Source: Chloroflexota bacterium
Lineage (GTDB): Bacteria > Chloroflexota > Limnocylindria > Limnocylindrales > CSP1-4
Direction of reading: 5' to 3'
Length of the DNA: 64,000 bases
Assembly: GCA_004297395.1 (NCBI GenBank)
Contig: SCUO01000047.1
Location: 56,575 to 120,574 of the forward strand
Positions 17,606 to 26,273 of the stretch are shown piece by piece; within the stretch, counting starts at the first letter, position 1, and each line of letters starts with the position of its first letter. The position numbers and the translations under genes are program-made. The notes beneath the pieces were generated by a model that made no database searches, had not been told where the DNA came from, and was given only the letters and a program-made list of their open reading frames with translations.

Positions 17606-18346
17606 CTAGCGCGCCGGCTCGCGGGCCGCCTTGTAGCCGGCGCCGCGGACGGTGAGGATGAGCGTCGGGGCGCCGGGATCGGCCTCGACCTTCGCCCGGA
17701 GGCGGCCGACGGCGACGTCCACGAGCCGCGAGTCGCCAAGGTAGTCGTAGCCCCAGATCCGGTCGAGCAGCAGCTCCCGGGTGAAGACCTGGCCCGGACG
17801 TCGGGCGAGCACGACGAGGAGGTCGAACTCCGTGCGCGTCAGCTCGATCTCGCGCCCATCGCGCTCGACCGTTCGCCCGCCTGGGTCGATCCCGAGCGGG
17901 CCGAGCCTGATGAAGTCGTCTCCCGGCCCCGACGCACCGGCCCCGGCGGCGACTGCCCCAACGGCCCCGGCCCTGCCGTCGTGGCCGTGACGGCGGAGCG
18001 CGGCCCGGACCCGGGCCACGAGCTCGGGCATCTCGAACGGCTTGCGGAGGTAGTCGTCCGCCCCGGATTCGAGGCCGACCACGACGTCGATCGTGTCACT
18101 CCGGGCGGTGAGCATGACGATCGGAACCATCGATTCCCTGCGAATCGCGCGGCAGACCTCGAGGCCATCGAGGCGCGGCAGCATGACGTCGAGGAGGACG
18201 AGGTCCGGCGGGCTCGCTCGCCAGCGTTCGAGGGCCAGGACGCCGTCGGCCGCCGTGTCGACCTCGAAGCCAGCGGCCCGCAGGCCGAGCGCGGTCACCT
18301 CGCGAATCGATGGGTCGTCCTCCACGACCAGCACCCGGGCATCCAC
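17606..18346 (-). CDS. OmpR/PhoB-family response regulator (MtrA-like)
   Basis: Receiver ARVLVVEDDPSIRE...LLDVMLPRLDG...MLTARSD and winged-helix RLRAKVE...ILTVRGAGYK; GTG at 18346 is the only in-frame start before the receiver domain; upstream 150 codons of ORF 17606..18799 are Arg/Gly junk. Confidence 0.75.
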   Translation of the reverse strand: MDARVLVVEDDPSIREVTALGLRAAGFEVDTAADGVLALERWRASPPDLVLLDVMLPRLDGLEVCRAIRRESMVPIVMLTARSDTIDVVVGLESGADDYLRKPFEMPELVARVRAALRRHGHDGRAGAVGAVAAGAGASGPGDDFIRLGPLGIDPGGRTVERDGREIELTRTEFDLLVVLARRPGQVFTRELLLDRIWGYDYLGDSRLVDVAVGRLRAKVEADPGAPTLILTVRGAGYKAAREPAR

Positions 18347-18483
18347 GTCATCGAGTATGGCAGCGCGCGCGGACCGGGCCAGGCGTGGAATGCTTTGACG
18401 GCCTCGCGCGGTCGACCTCGACCGCCCGGCGATCGGTGGCCGCGAGTGCTTCGAAGGCGCGCCGTTGCCCTGGGCGCCTCGGG

Positions 18484-19215
18484 TCAGCGGAGGCTCGCCA
18501 GGAAGCGGAAGACCGGCAACGCCGCGGCGTAGCCCTCCGCGAGCACATCGGGCAGGTCCGGCGAGGTCACATCGCGGTCCGCCAGCCGCCGCCCGAAGAC
18601 GACGTCCTTCCAACGGAAGAGGTCCGCCATCGGGTGATCCGCCGCCAGTCCCGGCGGCACCCGCTTCAGCGTTTCGTGGCTTCGGGCACCCCCGAACCAG
18701 GCAACGAAGCCCTGATCCTCGAGCGCGGCCCGGACCTCGTCCGGCGCCTCGAGCACGGCCCGTCGGAAGGCGTCGAGCCGCGGCTTCTCGGGCATCCACA
18801 TGCCGCCCCCGACGTACATCTCGCCCGGCTGGAAGTTGAAGTAGCCGCCGTTGCCGTGGGGGCTGTCATCGGCCCGCTCCCCTGCCCCGCCGGCGCCCTC
18901 GATCCAGGGGAAGGTCGCCGCGTAATGCGTCTTGTAGGGCGACTTGTCGCGGCTGAAGCGGGTGTCCCGGTAGATCCGGAACGGCGATCGCTTCGGGTCG
19001 GCCTGGAGCGGGATGCCGCGGGCTCGGAAGCGCTCACCGACAGCGACGACGAGCGCCTCCATGGGATCTTTGAGGAGCCGTTCGAAGTCCGCCTTGCGAG
19101 GCTGGAACCAGGCCCGGTCGTTGTTGACGGCGAGGTCGGCCATGAACTGGATGGCCTCGGGCCGGAAGCCGGCGAAGCCAGGGCTCGCGGTCGCGGTCGA
19201 TGTGGCAGCGGGCAT
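18484..19215 (-). CDS. DUF2461 (TIGR02453) family protein
   Basis: FMADLAVNNDRAWFQPRKADFE...FRIYRDTRFSRDKSPYKTHY characteristic of TIGR02453. Confidence 0.75.
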   Translation of the reverse strand: MPAATSTATASPGFAGFRPEAIQFMADLAVNNDRAWFQPRKADFERLLKDPMEALVVAVGERFRARGIPLQADPKRSPFRIYRDTRFSRDKSPYKTHYAATFPWIEGAGGAGERADDSPHGNGGYFNFQPGEMYVGGGMWMPEKPRLDAFRRAVLEAPDEVRAALEDQGFVAWFGGARSHETLKRVPPGLAADHPMADLFRWKDVVFGRRLADRDVTSPDLPDVLAEGYAAALPVFRFLASLR

Positions 19216-19257
19216 GGGAACCTCCCGGGGGTCAGGGCCGGCCCCCCTGGCGGGACG

Positions 19258-19569
19258 TCAGTCGGGATCCGTCGACGCTGGCGGCGGGGTCCCGGCGGAG
19301 CGGCCGGCGCGGACGATCCAGGTGCCGACCCCCAGGCCGGCACCGGCGGCGATCACCGCGACGATGATCGCCGCCGGCGGGAATCCGCCACTGGCGTCCA
19401 TCTGGGCAAGCGCCCCGATGATCACGGCGTAGAACGCCACGAGAAGGCCGAGGCCGATGGCGAAGCCCGCCGCGAGCCAGCGGCGGGTCGCCGGCCGTCG
19501 CACGGCCAGGACGACGATCACCGCGATCATGACGGCGGCAAGCGCGACGACGATCGGCGAATCGAACAT
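19258..19569 (-). CDS. Small membrane protein (3 TM, hypothetical)
   Basis: C-terminal frame of ORF 19258..20202 from ATG 19569: MFDSPIVVALAAVMIAVIVVLAV...; rest of that ORF is antisense to DUF1304 gene. Confidence 0.45.
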   Translation of the reverse strand: MFDSPIVVALAAVMIAVIVVLAVRRPATRRWLAAGFAIGLGLLVAFYAVIIGALAQMDASGGFPPAAIIVAVIAAGAGLGVGTWIVRAGRSAGTPPPASTDPD

Positions 19570-19677
19570 CACCGGACCGTAGCCGTTCCGAGCCCCTGAA
19601 ACAAGCCGGGCGGCCCGGATCGACGGTCGCCCGGCGGCTGAAGCCCCATTCGAGCGCCGCGCGCGGCACAATGCCGA

Positions 19678-20076
19678 TTGATGCACCCCATTGCCGCAGC
19701 CGCCGCCGTCATCGCCGCGCTCATCCACGCCGGGTTCTTCCTGCTGGAGAGCGTCTGGTTCCTGCGGCCGAGGGTCTTCGCCCGGTTCGGGCTGGCCTCG
19801 CTGGAGCAGGCGCGGATCGTCCGCTCGTTTGCCTTCAACCAGGGCTTCTACAACCTGTTCCTGGCGGTCGGGGTGGGGCTCGGGCTCGGGCTCGTCGCCA
19901 CGGGCTCGACCGAGGCCGGCCGGGCCATCGTCCTGTTCGCCTGCGGCTCGATGGTCGCGGCCGGGGCCGTCCTCGTCCTCCACAACGCGCGGTTCCTGCG
20001 AGCCGCCGCGATCCAGGTGGTGCCGGCGCTCGTCGCGGTCCTCGGCGGCTTGTGCCTCGGGGTCTCGGGTGGCTGA
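19678..20076 (+). CDS. DUF1304 family membrane protein
   Basis: AAAAVIAALIHAGFFLLESVWF...FAFNQGFYNLFLAVGV pattern; 4 TM. Confidence 0.6.
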   Translation: MMHPIAAAAAVIAALIHAGFFLLESVWFLRPRVFARFGLASLEQARIVRSFAFNQGFYNLFLAVGVGLGLGLVATGSTEAGRAIVLFACGSMVAAGAVLVLHNARFLRAAAIQVVPALVAVLGGLCLGVSGG

Positions 20077-20274
20077 CGAGCTCGATCCAAAGGAGGCGGC
20101 CCGGATCCGCCGGCGGGATCGCGACCTCGAGGCCGAGCAGCGAGCCCTGATGAACCCGGGCATGGGCAAGGTCTTCAAGCAGATCCAGGACGCGATGGGC
20201 AAGGCGGCCGGCGAGCCGGCCGCGACCTCTGTCCCCAGGCGCAGGCGTCGCCCGAAGGCCTGACCCGGAGCGGC

Positions 20275-21051
20275 CTACCCTGACAGCTCTCGTCCGAACT
20301 GGCGGGCCGGCGCCTGGGAGTAGCCGAGCGCCTCCCAGAATGCGGCTCCGTCGGCATTCCCGTCGCGGACGATGACGTTGACCTTCTTGCAGCCGAGGGC
20401 CTCCAGGCGCGCCTCGATCTGGCGCACGAGCCGCGTCGCGAGCCCGCTCCGTCGCTCGTCCGGCATCGTTGCCACGTGGTAGATCCAGCCGCGCCGGCCG
20501 TCCCAGCCGCCCATCGCTGACCCGACGGCCTGGGTCCCGCGGACCGCGACGAGAAGCATGCCCGGGTTCCGCTGGGCGAGGGCCCGCAAGCTCGCGTCGT
20601 CGTCGCCGAGCGATCGGAAGCCGACGGCGTCCCACAGGGCCCTGAGCGGCGGGCCGTCGCCGGACCGGTACTCGCGGACGACGATCGGGGGCGGCTCCGG
20701 TCGGGGCGGTGGGGTCGTCACGGCGGCGCCCGCCGGCGCGCGCGTTGCAGTGGACCTGGCGCCTGCCCTCCGCGCCGCGATCCGGTCCGTCAGGCTCGAG
20801 ATCGGGGCCGGCCCACGGCGGGCGACCGTCATCGCCGCCCGGGCCTCGTCGAGGGTCGCGAAGGGCCCGCGCACGAGGGGCAATCCGAGCTCGTTGGACT
20901 GTTCGGCGTCGCTGACCATCCAGCCGCCAGACGACTGCTCGACGCTGAATCGGCCATCGCCGCTGACGTAGCGGCCGGCCGATTCCCGCTTCAGCTTCGT
21001 GGGATCGGGCGGGGTCGCCGGGGTACCGGCCTTCGTCGAGCGGGCGGGCAT
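20275..21051 (-). CDS. GNAT N-acetyltransferase with N-terminal extra domain
   Basis: C-terminal motif A region VGSAMGGWDGRRGWIYHVATMPDERRSGLATRLVRQIE; start at internal ATG 21051. Confidence 0.7.
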   Translation of the reverse strand: MPARSTKAGTPATPPDPTKLKRESAGRYVSGDGRFSVEQSSGGWMVSDAEQSNELGLPLVRGPFATLDEARAAMTVARRGPAPISSLTDRIAARRAGARSTATRAPAGAAVTTPPPRPEPPPIVVREYRSGDGPPLRALWDAVGFRSLGDDDASLRALAQRNPGMLLVAVRGTQAVGSAMGGWDGRRGWIYHVATMPDERRSGLATRLVRQIEARLEALGCKKVNVIVRDGNADGAAFWEALGYSQAPARQFGRELSG

Positions 21052-21173
21052 CGCCAGAGCGTACCGGACGCGGCGGCGGCTGGTCACGAGCCGACTTGAC
21101 GAGGCCGGCAGCGACGACGATCTTCGTATCCGCCGCCACTCACCCCCGTTTCGCCGGAGCGCCCAACTCGCCC

Positions 21174-22478
21174 ATGGCCGTCCTGGCCCGCCCGTTCGCC
21201 CTGGCCATCGCGTTCGCAGTCGGCGTCTTCGTGCTGGTTGCGGTGCTGCTATGGGCACGGGCCGACTTTGCCACGCCACCCTACAAATTCATGCTCGGGC
21301 CGGCCGGGATGCTCGCCTTCGTCCTCGCCGTCACGACCCAGCTCGTCTCAGGCTTCGTGCTGGCGGTCCGTCGGCCCGACCTGCCGATCGGCCGGCTCTC
21401 CCTGATCTTTGCCTTCGTGATCGGCGAGGCGATGGTGGCGAACGCCTACCTGGCCCTGGCAGAGCAAGGTGTCGTGGGTCCGTGGCAGCCCACCTGGGTC
21501 GCCTGGTTCACATCCTGGTTCGCCTTCTCGGGCGGGGCCCTGACGGCCCTGGTCCTCGGTCTGGTCTTCCCGGACGGGCGTCTCCCCGGCCGCCGCTGGG
21601 GAGTTGCCCTGGGCCTCGCCTTGGCGGGTGCAGTGATCACGGCCGCGGCGATCGCCCTCCTGCCCGGCAGGCTGATCCTCTACCCCGCGTACCGCAACCC
21701 GGCGGCCCTGGATGCCAGTCTGACGGGCTGGCTCACGGCGGCCACCGTCGTCGGGATCGGGCTGCTGGCGTTCGGCGGCGTGGCGGTGTCGATCGCACTG
21801 CTCCTACGGTATCGGCGGGCAGACGAGCTGCTCCAGGTACAGCTTCGCCTGTACATCGCGTCGGCGATCGGCCTGACCGTTGGCTTCCTCGCGTTCCTCG
21901 CCGCCCTGGGGTCCCTGCCCGACGACTCCCCCGTTGGCGAACTCATCATGGTGGCCTTCGTAGCGAGCGGTGGCCTGCCCCCGATCGCCCTGCTGCTCGC
22001 CATCAGTCGCTATCGCCTCTACGACATCGACGCGATCCTGAGTCGAGCCTTCGTCTTCGGGACCTTGACCGCGATCCTGGCGGGCGTCTACACAGCCTCG
22101 ATTCGATTGTTCAACTCGCTCTTCACCGCCCTGACCGGCGAGAACTCCGATGCAGCGCTCGTGATCACCACGCTCGTCATTGCCGCGACCTTCACGCCGA
22201 TCAAGCGCCGCCTCGAGACCCTCGTCGAGCGACGCTTCCGCGCGCCGGAGGCAGCCGTTCCCGGGATCGATCCTGAGGCGTCGGTCGGCGATGCGGCCGT
22301 GGACGTCGCAGTCGATCTCGACGATGCTGCGGTCGGGCGGATCGCCGCCGCCGTCCTCGCCGACCCTGGCTTCGCGGCGCTGCTGGATACGCACCTGCGG
22401 GCGCTCGAGCCAACGGCCGCGGTCGCTCAGGAGCCCGGAATCCCGCCAACGGAGGATCGGCATCGCCACCATGCCTGA
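21174..22478 (+). CDS. Polytopic membrane protein (at least 7 TM) with cytoplasmic C-terminal tail, hypothetical
   Basis: Successive hydrophobic helices through residue about 330, then Ala/Asp-rich soluble tail. Confidence 0.6.
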   Translation: MAVLARPFALAIAFAVGVFVLVAVLLWARADFATPPYKFMLGPAGMLAFVLAVTTQLVSGFVLAVRRPDLPIGRLSLIFAFVIGEAMVANAYLALAEQGVVGPWQPTWVAWFTSWFAFSGGALTALVLGLVFPDGRLPGRRWGVALGLALAGAVITAAAIALLPGRLILYPAYRNPAALDASLTGWLTAATVVGIGLLAFGGVAVSIALLLRYRRADELLQVQLRLYIASAIGLTVGFLAFLAALGSLPDDSPVGELIMVAFVASGGLPPIALLLAISRYRLYDIDAILSRAFVFGTLTAILAGVYTASIRLFNSLFTALTGENSDAALVITTLVIAATFTPIKRRLETLVERRFRAPEAAVPGIDPEASVGDAAVDVAVDLDDAAVGRIAAAVLADPGFAALLDTHLRALEPTAAVAQEPGIPPTEDRHRHHA

Positions 22479-23319
22479 CCACGACGCCGCCCTCGACCAG
22501 CTCATCGTCCGACTCAAGACCCGCGCGGCCGACCCGGAGCGGCGGGCCGACGTCATCGTCGACGCCTTCAGCGCCTCGGCCCGGACCATGGACCTCGGCA
22601 GCCTCCTTGGCATGGGACGCTCGGTCGCCGGCAGCCTCAACCAGCTCCTGGGCGAGATCCGGACGACGGGCATGCCCAGCCCGCAGTCACGGGCGACCGC
22701 CGATGCCGTTGCTGCGGCGATGGGGACGCCGGCCAACCCGACGCTGGCCGCGCCGGCGACGCCCGGGGATGTCGATGCCGTCGAGGCCGAGCTCGGTGGG
22801 CGGTTGCCGACGGCCCTCCGGAGGGCGTACCTCGAGGTCGCCGATGGCGGCTTCGGACCGGGCGCGGGGTTGCTCCCGCTCTCGGCCGCGCTGGCCATCT
22901 ACCGTGATTACCGGGCCGAATCACCCGGCCCTCGCCGCTCGTCGTGGCCGGCCGTACTGCTGCCGCTGACCGAGCGCGAGCCGGGCCACTACTGCGTGGA
23001 GGTCCCCGGCGGGCGGGTCCTCGACTGGGATCCGGAGGACCTTCGCGAGCACTCGAGCGAGGCCGCCTGGCAGCGATCCTTCAGCGAGGTCGCTGCGACG
23101 GCGGAGGCGTGGCTCACGGCCTGGGTCGGCAGCCGGACCCAGGCGGAGGAGACGGCCGACATGCTGGCCCGTTCGCAGGTCGAGGAAGCGCGTCGGTCGA
23201 GGGCGGCGATTGCCGCCATGACGCCGGAGCAGCGGGCGAAGATGGGCCTGCCCGAGATCGGCTGGGAGCGGGTCGTGTGGGGCGGCATCGGGCTCGACGA
23301 GGGCGAGCCCGGCGGCTGA
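22471..23319 (+). CDS. SMI1/KNR4 (SUKH-1) family protein
   Basis: LPTALRRAYLEVADGGFGPGAGLLPL and PGHYCVEVPGGRVLDWDPEDL motifs typical of SUKH immunity-type proteins; ATG 22471 overlaps upstream gene by 8 nt; GGAGG 15 nt upstream. Confidence 0.65.
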   Translation: MPDHDAALDQLIVRLKTRAADPERRADVIVDAFSASARTMDLGSLLGMGRSVAGSLNQLLGEIRTTGMPSPQSRATADAVAAAMGTPANPTLAAPATPGDVDAVEAELGGRLPTALRRAYLEVADGGFGPGAGLLPLSAALAIYRDYRAESPGPRRSSWPAVLLPLTEREPGHYCVEVPGGRVLDWDPEDLREHSSEAAWQRSFSEVAATAEAWLTAWVGSRTQAEETADMLARSQVEEARRSRAAIAAMTPEQRAKMGLPEIGWERVVWGGIGLDEGEPGG

Positions 23320-23330
23320 GCCACGGGGTC

Positions 23331-25256
23331 CTACGGGGTCGCGTCGACTCCGGTCCAGCGCCGGTCCACGGCCAGCTGGATGATCGTGGGCTTCTCGGCC
23401 ACGAGCGCCTGGCGGAGGGCTGACTCGACGCCGCTGTCCGAATCCACCCGGACACCCCGGGCCCCCAGGGCCCGAGCCGCGGCGGCGAAATCGACCGGCC
23501 CCAGGTCCGTCGCCGCGGTGGAGCCGCCATCGCGCCGCTCCTGGTGGGCACGGATCAGGCCGTACTGCTCGTTGTCGAAGACGAGGACGGTCGTCCGAAG
23601 ACCCATCCGGACGGCGGTCTCGATCTCGGCCAGGGTCATCCCGAGGCCACCGTCGCCGACGAGGGCGACGACCGCCCGATCGCGATGGACGAGACCGGCG
23701 GCGATGGCCGCCGGGAGGCCATACCCCATCGCCCCGGACGTCGGCCCCAGGAACGTGCCCGGTCGTCGGAAGCGGAAGCCGCGCGCGGCCCAGCTGCCGA
23801 AGCTGCCTGCATCCGTCGCCACGATGCCGTCGTCGGGCAGGAGGGCCCGCAGCATCGTGATCACCTTGCCGGGGTGGACGCCCGGCCCGGACCAGGGGTG
23901 GCTATCGACGATCGTCGCGGCCTCCCAGGCCGCGCGATCCGCTTCGTTTCGAGCCACCCTGGCGTCCGTGGAGGCGGCATCCAGGACGCCGCGTGACTCC
24001 AGCCGCGCGACCGCGGCCCGGAGGAACTGCTTCGCGTCAGCCTCGACCGCGATATCCGGGACGGCCAGCTCCGTCGAGGGTCGGCCCGGAGCAATGTCGA
24101 CATGGGCCCAGCGCGTCCCCGGCGCCGGGATCGTCCAGCCATGGGAGGCGATCTCGCCGAGCCGGCAGCCGATGACGAGCATCGCGTCCGCCGAAGCGAG
24201 GCGCTCCCGGACGACCGCCGGTGAGCCGTAGCCGGTCATGCCGAGATAGAGCGGATGGTCGTTCGAGATCACGTCGCCGCGGCGCCAGGCCGCGATCACG
24301 GGCACCCGCAGGAGCTCGGCGAGCCGAACGAGCTCGTTCGAGGTCCGGGCCCGCAGGATTCCGCCGCCGGCCAGGATCACCGGACGCTCTGCGCCGGCCA
24401 GGAGATGCAGCACGGCCGCGATCTCGGCGTCATCCGGACGCGGCGGCGCGACCCTGGGGGTCGGCGCGACTCCGCCGTCCGGCACGGTCTCGTCGAGGAG
24501 GTCCTCCGCGAGGGCGAGGAGGACGGGCCCGGGCCGGCCGGTCGTCGCCTGGCTGACGGCGGTCTCGACGGCGGCCACGGCCTCCGCGACATCACGTGGC
24601 TCGGCCGCCCACTTGGCGAGGCCTCCGAGGGTGGTCACCAGGTCGACCTCCTGGAAACCCTCGCGGCCGCGGGCCGCGCGCTCGACCTGGCCGACGAGGG
24701 CGAACATCGGGCTGGAATCGGCCGTGGCGGTATGGATGCCGATGGCCAGGTTGGCCGCGCCGACGGCCCGGGTACCGAGGCAGGCAGCCGGCCGGCCGGT
24801 CAGCTGGGCGTGGGCCTCGGCCATGAACGCGGCGGCGCCCTCGTGGCGGGTGGCGACGACATGGATCCCCGCCGCATCGAGGCCGTCGATGAGGCCGAGG
24901 AAGCTCTCGCCCGGCACGGTGAAGGCCCATCGAACGCCGGCCCGGCGAAGGGCGTCGGCGATCATCCGCCCGACCGTGACCGGCCCGGCCGGAGCCTCCG
25001 GCAGTGCCTCGGGCTCGGGCGCTGCGGCGGCCTCGACGTCGACCTCGGGCGCGATCTCCGCTTCGGACTCGAGATCGATATCGGGTTCGATCTCCGTGTT
25101 TGCATCGGGCGCGTCGTCCGCCGCGGGCGCGTCGACCGCCTCGACCTCGGCCGCGGGCGCGACCGCGTCGGACAACTCCGGTTCGACCGCGTCGGGTACC
25201 TCAGGTGTGGCCGCGTCGGGCGCATCGGCGGCCACCCGGACCTCCTGGTCGTCCAT
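23331..25256 (-). CDS. Thiamine-diphosphate-dependent enzyme, acetolactate synthase large-subunit-like, with about 95-aa acidic low-complexity N-terminal extension
   Basis: TPP Pyr domain (GVRWAFTVPGESFLGLIDGL), central domain, TPP-binding GDGGLGMTLAEIETAVRMGL...VFDN motif. Confidence 0.85.
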   Translation of the reverse strand: MDDQEVRVAADAPDAATPEVPDAVEPELSDAVAPAAEVEAVDAPAADDAPDANTEIEPDIDLESEAEIAPEVDVEAAAAPEPEALPEAPAGPVTVGRMIADALRRAGVRWAFTVPGESFLGLIDGLDAAGIHVVATRHEGAAAFMAEAHAQLTGRPAACLGTRAVGAANLAIGIHTATADSSPMFALVGQVERAARGREGFQEVDLVTTLGGLAKWAAEPRDVAEAVAAVETAVSQATTGRPGPVLLALAEDLLDETVPDGGVAPTPRVAPPRPDDAEIAAVLHLLAGAERPVILAGGGILRARTSNELVRLAELLRVPVIAAWRRGDVISNDHPLYLGMTGYGSPAVVRERLASADAMLVIGCRLGEIASHGWTIPAPGTRWAHVDIAPGRPSTELAVPDIAVEADAKQFLRAAVARLESRGVLDAASTDARVARNEADRAAWEAATIVDSHPWSGPGVHPGKVITMLRALLPDDGIVATDAGSFGSWAARGFRFRRPGTFLGPTSGAMGYGLPAAIAAGLVHRDRAVVALVGDGGLGMTLAEIETAVRMGLRTTVLVFDNEQYGLIRAHQERRDGGSTAATDLGPVDFAAAARALGARGVRVDSDSGVESALRQALVAEKPTIIQLAVDRRWTGVDATP

Positions 25257-25357
25257 CAGTTGGCCGGATTCGGGAGCAGCGTCACGAGCATGCTCATGAC
25301 CACGAACAGGGCCACGATGGCCATGAGGACCCGACCGAAGCGCGCACCAGGCAGCAT
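25256..25357 (-). CDS. Possible 33-aa hydrophobic leader/micro-protein translationally coupled to TPP enzyme
   Basis: ATG 25357 ... MLPGARFGRVLMAIVALFVVMSMLVTLLPNPAN, stop TGA overlaps downstream ATG (TGATG); not in ORF track (below length cutoff). Confidence 0.3.
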   Translation of the reverse strand: MLPGARFGRVLMAIVALFVVMSMLVTLLPNPAN

Positions 25358-25364
25358 CTCAGAC

Positions 25365-25856
25365 CTATCGGTAGTTCTGGAACTGGAGCGGCACGACCTC
25401 GTCCAGCTCACGGAGGCGGGCGATCACCCGCTGGAGATCGTCGCGGCTCTTGCCGGATACGCGGATCGCGTCACCCTGGATCTGCGACTTGACCTTGGGG
25501 AACTCGTCGCGAATCAGCTTGGTGAGCTTCCGGGCGAGGTCGTCGGGCAGACCCTTGCGCAGCCCGATCCGCTGGCGGACCTTGTTGCCGCCCGCCTCCT
25601 CGACCTTGCCCCAGTCGAAGATCTTCAGCGACAGGTTGCGCCGGACTGCCTTGGACTCGATGAGGTCCTTGATCGCCGACGCGCGGAACTCGTCATCGGT
25701 CAGGAGGGTGAGCTCATCGGCGCCCTGCTCGAGCTGGACGGTGGCGCCCTTGAAGTCGAAGCGCTGGGCGACCTCGCGCCGAACCTGGTCGAGGGCGTTG
25801 CGGAGCTCCTGGACGTCGAACTCGCTGACGACATCGAATGACTGGTCGCCGGCCAT
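25365..25856 (-). CDS. yajQ: YajQ family cyclic-di-GMP-binding protein (UPF0234)
   Basis: SFDVVSEFDVQELRNALDQVRREVAQRFDFKG... colinear with YajQ. Confidence 0.85.
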   Translation of the reverse strand: MAGDQSFDVVSEFDVQELRNALDQVRREVAQRFDFKGATVQLEQGADELTLLTDDEFRASAIKDLIESKAVRRNLSLKIFDWGKVEEAGGNKVRQRIGLRKGLPDDLARKLTKLIRDEFPKVKSQIQGDAIRVSGKSRDDLQRVIARLRELDEVVPLQFQNYR

Positions 25857-25868
25857 TCGAGCACCTCC

Positions 25869-26273
25869 TCATCCCGCCGCGGGATCGCCGCCGACGGTAC
25901 CTGCCCGGGCCTGGATCGACCACTCGCGCAGTCGCTCCACGAGCCCATGGCGCGTGTCCAGGACCATGACCCCGGAGGTTCGGCGCCGTCCGCCGTCCTC
26001 GCGGAACACGTAGCCCAGGTGCCAGATCGCCACGATGGTGTCGCCGCTCACGAGGTGGCGCTCGATCGTGAACTCGACCTGGTCCTGCCTTGCCGCCAAT
26101 GCCAGCCAGTGTGCCCGGTGGGCGTTGTGGCCGACGATCGGCGGACTGAACGGATCCACATGGTACTCGGCGTCGGGCGAAAGGATCGAGACCAGGAGGT
26201 CGCCGTCGAACGTCTCACGAGCGCGAGCCAGGGAGGCCAGGAGATCCCCGGCCTCGGCGTAGCCGATCGTCAC
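25869..26273 (-). CDS. SnoaL-like / NTF2-fold protein
   Basis: 134 aa, alpha+beta cone pattern, 4-nt overlap with upstream Mur ligase gene. Confidence 0.55.
   Translation of the reverse strand: MTIGYAEAGDLLASLARARETFDGDLLVSILSPDAEYHVDPFSPPIVGHNAHRAHWLALAARQDQVEFTIERHLVSGDTIVAIWHLGYVFREDGGRRRTSGVMVLDTRHGLVERLREWSIQARAGTVGGDPAAG

Noticed and set aside
13564-17739. ORFs 13564..15066(+), 13979..15232(-), 15109..16365(+), 16444..17739(-)
   Set aside because: Shadow frames of FAD oxidase, GerMN lipoprotein and histidine kinase. No domain signatures.
17606-18799. Extended 397-aa version of the response regulator
   Set aside because: First 151 codons are Arg/Gly/Ala repeats with no receiver-domain similarity. 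GTG 18346 gives a normal-length OmpR-family protein.
20078-20263. Possible small ORF after DUF1304 gene (…DELDPKEAARIRRRDRDLEAEQRALMNPGMGKVFKQIQDAMGKAAGE…)
   Set aside because: No good start codon/RBS pairing; the AAAGGAGG is too far from the first ATG. Could be real but evidence insufficient.
24900-25250. Short periodic nucleotide repeats (gcgtcgg / gacctcgg units)
   Set aside because: Not a CRISPR array: irregular, in-frame, and encode the acidic D/E/A/P N-terminal extension of the TPP enzyme.
23380-25841. ORFs 23380..24231(+) and 24255..25841(+) antisense to TPP enzyme and YajQ
   Set aside because: Shadow frames. The minus-strand genes have unambiguous TPP and YajQ signatures.
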